A stretch of 64,000 nt of DNA from Macrostomum lignano (Eukaryota), in NCBI GenBank assembly GCA_002269645.1, contig NIVC01000467.1, positions 62,001-126,000 of the forward strand, read 5' to 3'. A program made the position numbers and the translations under genes. This document shows positions 38,806 through 52,811 of this stretch, one piece after another (position 1 is the first letter of the stretch; every line of letters starts with the position of its first letter). The notes beneath the pieces were generated by a model. That model ran no database searches. It worked only from the letters and a program-made list of their open reading frames with translations, and was not told the origin of the DNA.

Positions 38806-41679
38806 TAAATAAAAGTTGTGGAATTGTAAGTTGCCAAAACTCTGATAGGAGAGGTTTCAGAGTTCATTCCGAGCCCAGCACAGTAAATTAGATAAATGAT
38901 GTAACCGCCCTTGTCGCCTGTCCGCTCCGTTGAGAGACGAACGCATGACCAGAGGGGGCAATGACCGTAGGCTGCCTATGACCGGGCGATGGCCTGACGG
39001 ACCTCCAGCACCAGACTGTCCCGCCCACATGATTGATAGCTTTGGTAGCGCTTCGTGACCAGAGGGCCAAGGACCCACATGGACCCCACCTGTAGCCAAG
39101 GTGCAATAGTTGGTCACTCGGTCATAGTATGACCGAGTGGCTGCCACCACTCTATGTGACCTGGCGCACCTGGATCTCACTACCAGACCTCTCGAGGCTA
39201 GAGCCCCGCCTGGGATGGTTACCAGGAGATTTAGGCTAACAGGGGAGACACATGCAGCCGAGTACAGGGACTCTGCTTGGGGCACGATCGGGAACTCTGG
39301 GCTCAATCTGGAGGATTTCTCAGCAGGGGATCCTTTGTGGCTGTGAGCGAGGCTAACTTGCGACTTTGATTACTAAGAGTAGTATGAGACGAACATGTAC
39401 TGTCTATAGTTTAGATTGCTCAGGGCGAAGGGACGCGTCAGCATGGGGTTGCAACCTCCCTGCTGCCATTCTGTGCCAAGACTCGCTAATTCCCTCTACT
39501 GCACGCACACACGGCCCCGCAGCACGCGCTCACAGGCGGGCTTTGCACGGGGAGAGGCCATTAGCTTACCCAACTTCCTTATGCTTTGCCACCCCGGGAG
39601 AAAGGCTTAGCAAGCCATGAGTGAAATGATGGTGAAAGAGTGGATAATGATGAGGTTAGTTAATAGTTAATAATTAGGCCCTTAGGCAAAATAATCAGGC
39701 AATTAGGCGGCTTCACTATTGAATAAATACAGCAAATAAGACGGTATCACAATTGGCTCAGCTCTCTAATCAAGCAATGGAAAATAGGCAAACCCCGGAT
39801 AAGCAAAGGCGATTAGAGCACAAATTAGTAACAGGAACTTACCAGCAGCTGCACAGAGAGAGAGAGGCGGAGTGGCCGAGGGCGGCTGTAGGCTGCAGTC
39901 AGGCAGACAGTGAAGCGGCGATGCGCTGAAGCGACGAGGCGCTGGTGTAGATCAGGCGATGCTGATGGTGCTGGGCGGTATCAGACCGCTGGCCGATAGG
40001 CGAGCTCACTTGGGAGCTAAGGTGACTGGGCGGTATCAGACCGCGGACCGGCAGAGGTTCGTCCTATAGACGAATAGGTCAGATCTAGGTCTGACAGCAA
40101 GTCCACAATAGGACGCTTGAGAAGAAGCCGCAGAAGTAAACTTCTGAGGATTCTCATGCCGAAAACCGCTTTCTTATATAGCCTTATATAAGGCTATATA
40201 AGGCTATATTCCGTCAGAATGAGTCATGATGAGAAGCATGAGAACGGCATAGCAACATGAGAAATGGGAGAATTGCGCAATCCGGAGGTGGGGTGGGGGG
40301 ATAATTGGTGCAGCGGGAGGTCGCAAAAGTGTTGCGCAAGCAAACATTGAGAACAATGGGGCTGGGGTCGAGAACGAAGGAATTGGAAATCGGGGATAAT
40401 TGGGGAGAATCGAGAACAATAGAAAAGTAAACATTGGAGAAAAGGTGATGATTAGGTGCGAAAACGAGAACAAAAGAAAGAGAAAATCGGAGAAAATGTG
40501 ATAATTGGTGGGGGTAAAGAGAACAAAAGAATCAAAAACGAGAACAATAGAAGCGGAGGTGGGGGTGGGTGTCGCATGAGAAATTTGCGGAGGAGAACAA
40601 TAGCATGATAAAAGGTTGCGCAAAAGAGGGGGATGAGTCATCGATGAGTCATCGAGGGGAAGAAGAGGTCACACGACTTGCGTCACCGTTTGGGAGTTTG
40701 AGAAGGGATGGGGTGACGGTGAGCGCACAAAATACTGTAAGTAGACGCAGAGAAAGGGGGGACAGAGCAAGAAAATAGGGCGAAAAGGGGCGAAAAGAGG
40801 GGAGACAGGAGGAGTACATGAAGAATAGGGCGGCGCGCAGAGGAGATAGGGTAGAGGGGGAGGTACAAAGAGGGAGGGGGAAGCGTGGCGGCAGGGGAGA
40901 CAGAGCCAAGGCAGCAGGGGGGGGGTGCAGCAGAGCGGGAGTCTCCAGGCCTGGTCGAAGACCTGGCCGAGTCTCTACAGCTCTGTGCAGGGGGTGCACG
41001 GCGATAGGAGGCACTTTCGAAAAAGTTCCCCTGCCCTATCCCGCGACCAGAGCGTGGTTACATCATAAATAAATTTCTCCGTAGTTCCGCAGTCATGCAG
41101 CCACGCATTTATCGCTTTCAAATTGATGTAGGCTTGAGTACTAAGGGTGAATTTACACATGCGCATGCCTGAAAAGAGGAAGGCAGAGACAAGGTGCTCA
41201 TCCCCGTGACGAGAATTTCAGTCAGGAAAATCAATAATGAACTCTCAAACACCAAAAAACACAGAATGTAGACGAGGTCCGTTGGTCTTGCGAGTAGTTG
41301 GGTAAGGCTTTTCTATAATTTTTTATTGGATTTTAACGTTGCTACGGGTGGGGTGGGGTTGAACTATGGGGATGAGTGGTGACAGAGATATCAGTGCATT
41401 GTGATAGATACACTATTGCCGTGGACTCTAAGGGCTTTAGCTAATATTTTTCTTGTCCATACTTTCAGAGTCTGCACACCCTGCATGCAGCACCAATGCA
41501 ATGCTGAGTTGGTGGATTTGGATGGGAGAATGACAGAATTTATTGAGGGGCTTTTTTGGCCTTTAGGCTGTGAATCCCATTTCGCATTCCGGTGCGCTCA
41601 GCTGCAGACTCAGGGGATGGGGTGTGTGGAAAATAAAATAGCACTGGGAATATTGTTATCTGGAGTGGATTATCTCTGC

Positions 41680-42910
<1,231 letters not shown>

Positions 42911-42911
<1 letters not shown>

Positions 42912-43639
42912 TTCCTTGTTTTAAGAACAAACTTGACCACTTGACCAAGAAAGCAAGAACAAACTTGACCATTTCTTCCAGGCTATCAATTCCACCCATG
43001 ACAATATTAAGTTCACCAATGAGATTGCTACTGACCATAAACCTACGTTCCTTGACCTTGACATCGATCTCAGCGGTGGGAACCTTTCCACCAAAGTTTT
43101 CCGCAAAAAAACCTTCACCAATCTCATTCTCAACTTTCATGCCGTGTGCCCCAGACAGTGGAAATCTGGTCTGATCAGATGCTTGCTTCACAGAGCCTAC
43201 ACCGTCTGCAACTCCTGGATCAACTTTGACCAAGAAATCAGGTTCCTGACCAAAATGCTCCAACAAAACGGTTACCCATCAGCCTTCATCCACCACAACA
43301 TCCACAAATTCATTTCTGAAAGAGTGAATCACCAAGAAGTTTGCAAACTTGACCACATTGACCTTAGTGAACCAACCCTCATTCTCCCTTTCTTTGGCCA
43401 TTCTTTCTCTCACCTTCAAAAACAGGATTTGCAAATTATTCCACAACTTTTTCAACAGCCAAATTTTTTGCGTTATTTTCCGCTCTTCCAAAGTTGGCAG
43501 CTTTGTCGGTCGGTTAAAGTCACGTGTACCCCGTGCTCTGCGCGCAGGTGCTGTCTACTGTTTCAACTGCTCTGTTGACCAGAGCGTCTCCTACGTGGGG
43601 AAGACCAAAAGACACCTGCACACTAGAACCAGGGAGTAA
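42911..43639 (+). mobile_element. Penelope-like element remnant (RT C-terminus/thumb, linker, N-terminal part of GIY-YIG endonuclease)
   Basis: LDHFFQAINSTHDNIKFTNE..FLDLDI..STKVFRKKTFTNLILNFHAVCPRQWKSGLIRCLLHRA..NGYP, then after a frameshift near 43405, GAVYCFNC..SYVGKTKRHLHTR. It is 5'-truncated (no YxDD motif) and 3'-truncated. Confidence 0.85.
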
Positions 43640-44061
43640 CGTCTTTTATGGGCGGCGTAGATCGCCTGGACAGTGGACTCCAGCCGTACCATCCGAACAG
43701 GAAGACGCAGAAATGGTTTCAGAAGCTCGGTTTTCACATCATCCTGCTTCTAGTTCGCAATGCTTGGATCGTTTATCATAATGTTGGAGGAACAAAGAGC
43801 TTCCTCAGCTTCCTGGAAGTTGCGATCAAGAATTTGATTTAACAATCTGGGCCAGGCAGACGTTGCGTTTCGGTTCGGGTCGGTCGAGCACCCGCCGCAG
43901 CCGGGCACATTCCAAGCAAGTCGGGCCAGGTTGTTGGGCAAAATCGACCGAGGCGTCGATGCCGACAGTGTCAAAAAAAAACAGTATACGTCTGCTCGCA
44001 GTGTCCTGGCGTCCCACCACTGTGTCTTCTGAACTGCTTTGGCACGTGGCACAATAATTAA
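43640..44061 (+). mobile_element. piggyBac-like transposase C-terminal remnant including the cysteine-rich domain
   Basis: MGGVDRLDSGLQPYHPNRKTQKWFQKLGFHI..NAWIVY..FL, then RRCRQCQKKTVYVCSQCPGVPPLCLLNCFGTWHNN*. Interrupted by a stop at 43840-43842. Confidence 0.85.
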
Positions 44062-45135
44062 AGAACCATTATCTAAGGTTTCTAAGGTGTTAGAAAGCTT
44101 TGAATGCTTTTGAAATTTGAATGAAACTTTCCCGCTATGTTTGCTGGTTTGTTACTGTTGTTACTGTTTTTGAAAAGTTTGTTTGCTTTACTTCTATTTT
44201 TGGTCGAGTTCGACCCATAGCCGACTGGAACGGTGGGTAGAGAATTTGAGCGCTGGCCATAGATATTTTGAACCGACTGCGCTGGGGAGTTGTAAGTGGT
44301 CGAAAGCGACCTTCCCGACTTCTTAAGGTTAAAATCATCGATCAATGCCCATCTGATCACAAGCTCAAGATCTTAGAAGCCTGTGTACATAAAAAACCAG
44401 TCGCCCACCCTTAATGCACAACTCCAACACAGTGGTGCAGGCCATGTTCTCCGTGTATTCTGAGTGAGAGAGCACTGACCTTGCACTGACCTTGTTGTAA
44501 CCATGTGCTCATTCAATTATATTTTGTTTTCTGCCCATTGGTCTTCGCCCCGCCCTACGGACTTTCAACCTCCTACTACTTTGTACATACAAAATACTTA
44601 CTCACCAGCTACATAATTTTTATTGACAAATAATTTATAAATTCGCTTACTCGCACCTTTCGTTTCAAACAATATACCTGACGATGCACCTTGGTGTGCG
44701 AAACGCGTCGAAAAAACCACATGTTGATTTTCGGATTTCTCTTTATTTTACCTGCTAAGCGAGCCACTTTACATGAATTCCTAGTTTCCTTTCTCAGATG
44801 CTTCATCTCGATGTCCTTAAACCTGGCCAGCCTCACTTTGCTTCACTCTTTCCCCCCTCTCTTCCCCTCATCTTTTCTCACCCAACCCAACCCCGCGGCC
44901 CCCAGGGAGGCTGGGACAGCAATGATAAACCTGCAGTCTGCACACGCGGAAAAACTGCTGATAAAACAGGCCCGGCTGGGCATTGGCAGAGCGACGCAAC
45001 ACTCGCGCAGGGCCTCAGGGGGCATTGGCTGGATTGCTGCAGAGACAACAGGACTGCCTCCCGACTTTGCAAAATTATAAAAAAATCAAACAATTTGTTT
45101 TAAAAATTGAAATTCCTTGATAGTCATTTAAAAAA

Positions 45136-48100
45136 ATGTCTTTTGCTGTTTTTGTGCTCGTGTCTGCTTTTGTTGTTGAAGCAATTTCATTGATTAGCGG
45201 TAAGTTTGACAAGATTGACAAGATGCCCTTGAAAACTGAGCACACACAAGCGCGCCAATGCTGTACGCAGGCAAGCAACTCATACAGACGCTCACACAGG
45301 GTGTACAGAGGTCCTGACTTTCTAATCGGTCAGGCATGTCTCTGTGCCTTGGGGGTTGGCCCACAATGGCTGTGAATTGCAACTGTCATATCTATGATCA
45401 TGATTATCCACAGATACTAACTATTTTAATAAGCTATTTATTAATAACTTTTGCCTCCACAGCAACCAGCATCAGCTGCAGCAATGCCGAGTGTTACTTC
45501 AGTCTGTCAGCTCGAAATGGCACAGAATGCGTAAGCGCCGATCTATCTCTGAGCGTCAATGTGCGCTACAGGTGCGCTAACTTCACCTCCGACTGCCTAG
45601 CAACTGTTACCATGCCGGAACTGAGAAGTCCGACTGCCAATGAAACAACTAAGATTAGCGGTCGCTGCGGAAATGAAACCGCTTGGGTGCTGCTGACCTG
45701 GAATTCTGGAAGATTCCGGCTGAGATTTGACTTCAGACAGGAGGTGCACCTGATAGCTGTGACAGTTTGCGCTCACTGGGGTTCGGGTGGTGTTCTAAAT
45801 GGTGTACTAATAAGTTCGGGTGGTGTTCTAAATGGTGTACTAATGGGTTCGGGTGGTGTTCTAAATGGTGTACTAATGGGTTCGGGTGGTGTTCTAAATG
45901 GTGTACTAATGGGTTCGGGTGGTGTTCTAAATGGTGTACTAATGGGTTCAGGTGGTGTTCTAAATGGTGTACTAATGGGTTCGGGTGGTGTTCTAACTGG
46001 TGTACTAATGGGTTCGGGTGGTGTACTATTGATAATAGACACAGGTGGTGTAGAAAGGATATTGAGGATGTATTAAATTTGGCTTCAGTTTTTAATAGGC
46101 AGATACTTTTTCATCTTCTTGCGATTTTCTAAGAGCATAACGATATAAAATAAATCTACTTGTCTGCTATTTTCACTTCAGAACTTTTACAGTCCGCAAA
46201 TTATGACTGTAAGTAAATAGTTTAAATACTGTTCATGCGCTAATTGGAGAAAGCTTTATACAACAGTAATTATCCAAAAAATCCTAATTTCAGTCTATTG
46301 CTGCCTACAATTTCATCAACCGACTGACGCTGATTGTCGATTTGGGAGATCCTGTCTTTGCGAACGCCAGCATTGGGCCAGGTGGGGAGTTGCAATTAAT
46401 TTTTTTATTACTTATCATTTGGGCATGAGTAGCGTCGCTCCAGCTGAAAAATTGTTGGGGTTGGGGTGGGCAGTTGAAGAGTCGTGGGGGTTGGGGCTGG
46501 GTAGCCCGCTCCAGTTGAAGAGTCGTGGGGGTTGGGGCTGGGTAGCCCGCTCCAGTTGAAGAGTCGTGGGGTTGGGGCTGGGTAGCCCGCTCCAGTTGAA
46601 GAGTCGTGGGGGTTGGGGCTGGGTAGCCCGCTCCAGTTGAAGAGTCGTGGGGGTTGGGGCTGGGTAGCCCGCTCCAGTTGAAGAGTCGTGGGGTTGGGGC
46701 TGGGTAGCCCGCTCCAGTTGAAGAGTCGTGGGGGTTGGGGCTGGGTAGCCCGCTCCAGTTGAAGAGTCGTGGGGGTTGGGGCTGGGTAGCCCGCTCCAGT
46801 TGAAGAGTCGTGGGGGTTGGGGCTGGGTAGCCCGCTCCAGTTGAAGGATCATGGGGGTTTGGGGGTGGGTAAGCCCGCTCCAGTTGAAGAATAATGTGGG
46901 TTGGGGCTGGGTAGCCCGCTCCAGTTGAAGAATAATGTGGGTTGGGGCTGGGTAGCCCGCTCCAGTTGAAGGATCATGGGGGTTGGGGCTGGGTAGCCCG
47001 CTCCAGTTGAAGGATCATGGGGGTTGGGGCTGGGTAGCCCGCTCCAGTTGAAGGATCATGGGGGTTGGGGCTGGGTAGCCCGCTCCAGTTGAAGGATCAT
47101 GGGGGTTGGGGCTGGGTAGCCCGCTCCAGTTGAAGGATCATGGGGGTTGGGGTGGTGCCGTGGGGTGGGTAGCCCGCTCAGTTGAAGAATCATGGGGGTT
47201 GGGGCTGGGTAGCCCGCTCCAGTTGAAGGATCATGGGGGTTGGGGCTGGGTAGCCCGCTCCAGTTGAAGGATCATGGGGGTTGGGGCTGGGTAGCCCGCT
47301 CCAGTTGAAGGATCATGGGGGTTGGGGTGGTGCCGTGGGGTGGGTAGCCCGCTCAGTTGAAGAATCATGGGGGTTGGGGCTGGGTAGCCCGCTCCAGTTG
47401 AAGGATCATGGGGGTTGGGGCTGGGTAGCCCGCTCCAGTTGAAGGATCATGGGGGTTGGGGGTAGGGCCGTGGGGTGGGTAGCCCGCTACAGTTGAAGGA
47501 TCAGGGGGGTTGGGGCTGTGTAGCCCGCTCCAGTTGAAGGATCATGGGGGTTGGGGGTGGGGCCGTGGGGGTGGGTAGCCCGCTGCAGTTGAAGGATCGT
47601 GGGGGTGGGGTGGGTAGCGGCTCCAGCTGAAGAATCGTGGAGGTTTTGATGATGAGTATTCAGCCAATTAACTAAAATGATTTTCTTCTCTCTTTAGAAA
47701 CGGGGCTGCAACCTAGTGCATGGTTAGAGCATCGACTCACGACTGAAAGGTCGTTGGTTCGATACTCGGCCCACTAGGAACAATTTTGTGCCAGCATTAG
47801 CTGGGGTAATTAAGGGTGTGTGTGTGGCGACCCCTCAGTTTTTGGACTGAACAGCTTTCGGTTGCACATCTCCCTATTAGGCAGGTGTAATCAATTCTAA
47901 TTATACGGGCGTAAATATTCTTCCTACTTTCGAATTCTAGGCGTCGATCCCGTAATAACATTCGTCAGCAAAGGTCGAACCTTCCTTTTCGCCTCGCCTC
48001 TCGGCCTGACCTTCAAGTGCGAATCTTCAGAGTTCGTCCAACTCCATCAGACGGACAGTTCGGAGCTTCAACCGCATAAGACTTCCTTGAAGAAGAAGAC

Positions 48101-48324
48101 TCCACCTCCGTGCGCCACAGTTACGTTTTCTAAAGTTCTGATTGACGTGTTCAAGTCCACCGCACCGAAGGGCGGGTTGCTGGAAGGACGTGAGTGTTGG
48201 AGAAAAGCACAATCGTTTATAATAGACAGGAAATTGATCTGATGATAAGATGATTTTCAGTGAAACAAAGAGAAAAAGCGAGTGATATGGGTAGAGAGAT
48301 TAGGAGAGAGAGAGAGAGAGGGAG

Positions 48325-48372
<48 letters not shown>

Positions 48373-48989
48373 GGAGAGAGTGGGATGGAGCGAAAATGAG
48401 ATTAGGGAGAAGAGTAAGATGGGAAGACAGTGAGATAGGTGGGGTGAGATGGGGAGAGAGTGAGATAGCAAGAGAGTGAGATAAGAGAGAGAGTGAGATG
48501 GAGAGACTACGAGATTAGGAGAGAGATTCAGATGGGGTGAATATGAGATGGGTAGAGAGAGTCAGATGGAGAGAGTATGAGATAGGGAGAGAGTGAGATG
48601 GAGAGGGAATGAGATTAGGAGAGAATGAAATAGGAGAGTGAGAAAGTGAGATGGTGGGCGACTAAGATAGGGGAGCGATTGGCAGTGGGAGATGGGTAGA
48701 GGAGAGACAGACATTTGAGAGTGAGAATAGGAGGGTTAGAACGCAAGGTATTTGGATTTTTAACTCAAAGAATCATCCTTTTAGAGAGTGGCATTGCCTT
48801 AATAATACAGCAACAAGTGTACTCGTAAAATTTGCAGCATTCCTATGCGAGGCAGACTCCGATAAGCAGGCCAGAAGCACAGTTATTATGGTGATCTCAG
48901 GCATTCTGGCCGTCTGCGTGTTAGTTATCGTGTGCGGCTTCTTGGCCACTCGGTTGAACAAGAGCTCCGCCTATTCCAGCGTTGAGTGA
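45136..48989 (+). CDS. LAMP: LAMP-family (lysosome-associated membrane glycoprotein) single-domain protein, 6 exons, 286 aa
   Basis: Exons 45136-45199 (signal peptide MSFAVFVLVSAFVVEAISLIS), 45463-45743, 46182-46208, 46294-46381, 47941-48189 and 48838-48989, with consistent phases (861 nt). LAMP-type cysteines (C..A.L...V.Y, SGRCGN, FASPLGLTFKC, C-E-A-D), several NxS/T sites, one TM helix and tail ...AYSSVE. Confidence 0.85.
45296..45385 (-). mobile_element. SINE family 2, diverged 3' fragment (copy D) in LAMP intron 1
   Basis: GTGTACAGAGGTCCTGACTTTCTAATCGGTCAGGCATGT..TGTGCCTTGGGGGTTGGCCC resembles the family tail. Confidence 0.6.
45777..46027. repeat. 33-bp minisatellite (GGGTTCGGGTGGTGTTCTAAATGGTGTACTAAT)n, LAMP intron 2
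   Basis: Visible. It explains the GSGGVLNGVLM extension of ORF 45336. Confidence 0.93.
46455..47635. repeat. 40/41-bp G-rich minisatellite, LAMP intron 4
   Basis: Units CCAGTTGAAG(AGTCG/GATCA)TGGGGGTTGGGGCTGGGTAGCCCGCT. Confidence 0.95.
47702..47903 (+). mobile_element. tRNA-derived SINE, family 1 (internally deleted copy)
   Basis: tRNA-like head with GGTTCGATAC, followed by GCCAGCATTAGCTGGGGTAATT..TTTGGACTGAACAGC..GGCAGGTGTAATCAAT, as in the reverse complement of 4597-4899. Confidence 0.8.
48290..48725. repeat. (GA)n microsatellite and degenerate GA-rich tract, LAMP intron 5
   Basis: Visible. Confidence 0.85.
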
Positions 48990-49119
48990 CCGGCGAGGAG
49001 CTTCTGGGAGAGAGAATTAGGACGGGATTTTAGGGATCGCTACATAGACGTTTTTTATGGTTTTCAAGATAGTCGGGTTTGGCTTTGACTTTGGCTTTGG
49101 CTTTGGCTTTGATCTCTCA

Positions 49120-49640
49120 CTGTGTTTCCAGGAATCTCTAACTGGGTTTCCAGGGATCTCTAGCTGGGTTTCCAAGAATCTCTAGCTGGGTTTCCAGGGA
49201 TCTCTATAGCTGGGTTTCCAGGAATATTTAAATGTGTTTCCAGGAATCTTTAGCTGGGTTTCCAGGAATCTCTAGCTGGGTTTCCAGGGATCTCTAGCTG
49301 GGTTTCCAGGAATCTCTAACTGGGTTTCCAGGAATATCTAAATGTGTTTCCAGGAATCTCCAACTGGGTTTCCAGGGATCTCTAACTGGGTTTCCAGGGA
49401 TCTCTATAGCTGGGTTTCCAGGAATATTTAAATGTGTTTCCAGGAATCTTTAGCTGGGTTTCCAGGAATCTCTAGCTGGGTTTCCAGGGATCTCTAGCTG
49501 GGTTTCCAGGAATCTCTAACTGGGTTTCCAGGAATATCTAAATGTGTTTCCAGGAATCTCCAACTGGGTTTCCAGGGATCTCTAACTGGGTTTCCAGGGA
49601 TCTCTAGCTGGTTTTCCAGGAATCTCTGACTGGGTTTCCA
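49120..49640. repeat. ~22-bp minisatellite (CTGGGTTTCCAGG[A/G]ATCTCTAG)n with a higher-order block duplication
   Basis: Visible. The variant units ATATTTAAATGTG and ATATCTAAATGTG recur in the same order twice. Confidence 0.9.
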
Positions 49641-50609
49641 GGTTACGTGAATCACAAGGGTCACGGCCGTTTACGGCTTGCCAATATTTAAAAACTTTGA
49701 GTACAGTACAAGAATCAACTATTAAGCGAACCAATATTCCACAAATAACGTCTAATAGTCCTAATATTTTTCCATAATATATATTTACCAAACCATCGCC
49801 TGTGTAATTACATTTTGCAAGATGCGTCCTGTTGTTAAATTGAACCATTCAAAATATGTGTCCTTAATAACCCATTTTAACAAAACAATCTATAGAAAAC
49901 ATAATTTTAGTAAATTTCTATGACTATTATTTATTTATTATTTAAGTATTTTTTCTTATATAGTAAATAATATAACTTTTTCTATTATTTGACAATTCTA
50001 TTATATTCTTATTTATATTATAAAACTAATCAGATCAATATTATAACTAATATTGATAATATTGATAATTATCAATATTGGTAATTATCTGTACCATAGC
50101 TTATATTTTCTAAAATGTATATTTATTTTCTATTAATAAAAGGCTGAAAAAATTTATCTCTAGTCAGGTTGTTTATTGTCTAGAATTTTATAAAATATAT
50201 TTAAATAAGTATACCCCCAGCTACCATATAATAGTATGAGGTAACTTCTTATTTTATAGTTTAAATCCCGATTTAAATTGGTTAAATAATGGTTTAAATA
50301 ATTTTATTTCTTTTCTTTATTGTTCATAATAAAGACAACGTTTGTCCCCTCAGAAAAAATAGCTACATTAAGTCAATTGCATATACTGATTTACATACTA
50401 TCAGTAGTAGAGTACGTACATTATGTGATTATTTCTTTCTGTGTGTATTGAGTATATTATAATATTAGCTACATCAATTAATTATAACTTAATAGCTTAC
50501 AGGGGCGTCGCCATGGATTTTATGGCGGGACGGACAAAGCCAAGAATTCTACATGTACATGACTAAATTCCCACTTGTACATTACTTTGAGAATCGGTGT
50601 TGCTAGCAC

Positions 50610-51163
50610 GCATTTTGGCACCGTAGACAGGCACTCATTTTGGCGCCGAAGACACTCATTTTGGCGCCATAGGCATTCATTTTGGCACCGTAGTCAGGCA
50701 GTCATTTTGCATTTTGGCGCCGCAGGCTGCAGGCACTCATTTTGGCGCCGCAGGCACTCATTTTGGCGATGCAGGCAGACACTTATTTTGACGCCGCAAG
50801 CACTCTTTTTAGCGCCACAGGCACTCGTTTTGGCGCCGCAGGCACTCATTTTGGCGTCGTAGGCAGGCACTCACTTTGGCGCCGTAGGCAGGCACTCATT
50901 TTGGCGCCGCAGGCAGGCACTAATTTTGGCGCCGCAGGCACTCATTTTGGCGCCGTAGGCAGGCACTCATTTTGGCGCCGCAGGCAGGCACTCATTTTGG
51001 CGCCGTAGGCAGGCACTCATTTTGGCTCCGCATGCAGGCACTCATTTTGGCTCCGCAGGCAGACACTCATTTTGGCTCCGCATGCAGGCACTCATTTTGG
51101 CTTCGCAGGCAGACACTCATTTTGGCTTCGCAGGCAGACACTCATTTTGGCGCCACAGGCAGG
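50610..51163. repeat. 21-25-bp minisatellite (GGCACTCATTTTGGCGCCGCAGGCA)n
   Basis: Visible. Confidence 0.9.
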
Positions 51164-51769
51164 CAATTTATACTACTTCTTATAGCGCTGTAGAAGATTT
51201 AAATAAAGCGTCAACGTCGTGACCTGTTACGATCGGAAAACCTATTTCATAAAATCTTTAAAATGCTTTTAGCAATAGCATTAAATAGAAGCATTTAAAA
51301 TTTTCTTCAATTCTAAAAGAAGTATAAACCAAAAATTTCCTACCGTAGTTTTTGCCGATTGGAATTCACTATACTGATGCCATCTCATGTGTGGAATGCT
51401 ATACGCAAAAATAGCCTACGAGTTACGAGCAAAAAAAGCGCTCGTAGATAAAAAGCCTACGAAATTTAGAATGCACAAAACTTTCTCTTATTGAGATTTC
51501 GTGACTAAGAAAAGCAGCGTTTGGCTGCATATGAGCTGGCATAAATTGATGTAGAATAGCTCTGTTGAGACTGTTTGCTCAGTCACGGAGATGCATGAGC
51601 AGTTTTACTATTTTTTTTCACGAGAGACACAGCTAGACCACAGCAGGGCCTAGCTTTCAGACATGAACTCCACTCATGAAATATTTACTAAAGACATGGA
51701 AACAATGCGAGAGTGAAAGACTGCAGCGATGCCGGAACACACATGTAGGGACAAAGTGACATCAATCAA

Positions 51770-52260
51770 GAGACAAGCACTGAGACACATCAAGACAGAC
51801 ACAGACAGAGACACATTGATATCAGAAAAAAGACACTGAGACACGGACACTGAGACGCTGTAACACATTGACATCAGGCACAGAAGGGCATTGAGACACA
51901 CAGACACGGACATACACTAAGACAGTGACACACACACAGACAAACACTAAGACAGTGACACACACACAGACATACACTAAGAAAGTGAGACACACACACA
52001 AATACTAAGACAGTACAATCACTCACTCACTCACTCACTCACTCACTCACTCACTCACTCACTCACTCACTCACTCACTCACTCACTCACTCACTCAGAC
52101 ATACACTAAGACAGTGACACACACACACAGACATACACTAAGAAAGTGAGACACACACACACACTAAGACAGTGAGACACACACAGACATTCACTAATAC
52201 AGTGAGACATAAATACACGTACACAGACACAGAGACACGAGACACGAGACAGCAGACACA
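51770..52260. repeat. CA/GA-rich low-complexity tract including (ACTC)n at ~52019-52096
   Basis: Visible. Confidence 0.8.
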
Positions 52261-52811
52261 AGGACACAGCTGTACGCAGGTAAAACAGAAAAGACACAGA
52301 TATCGAACAGATACAAAAAGACACAGCTATCAATCCCTCGATTCGTTTCATTGCAAGGAGCCTTCAACACATGCAGATTCTATACTTCTTCTACAGCATT
52401 TACCTTAACACTCGTCAACCTTTAAAGCCAGCAATTACAGCTAAGATAGAGCTGTCAAAATTAGTTACGCAATAGAACCCAGCAGGTGGTCCCGCTCCCT
52501 AAGATGCGCTTTAGCGATTTCCCAACTGACAGTTGCATTGTTATTTTATGCCAGCAGTCATATTGCCGCAGCGAAGCGGAACATTGCGTGTTAACTTTCT
52601 GCTTTTCCAACAAAAATAGAAGAAATCATGTTTCTTTTGCGTAGAATAATGTTTTATAAATCTTACTTGGAAGCTATAAGAGAAGTGAGTAGATAGTGGA
52701 CACGAATTGCAGTGAAGGGAGTGACTTGCTGGACATAAGCCACAGTCAAGGGAGTGAGTTGGTGAAAAAATATAGTAAAAGAGTGAGTTAAAGGACACAA
52801 ATGACAGAGAA

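Noticed and set aside
45336-45462. LAMP start at ATG 45336 or 45366, as in the ORF track
   Set aside because: These ATGs lie in a SINE fragment. Exon 45136-45199 gives a better signal peptide and a phase-matched splice to 45463.
50499-50545. CAGGGGCGTCGCC transposon-like terminus before the 50.6-kb array
   Set aside because: No matching inverted end or TSD was found downstream.
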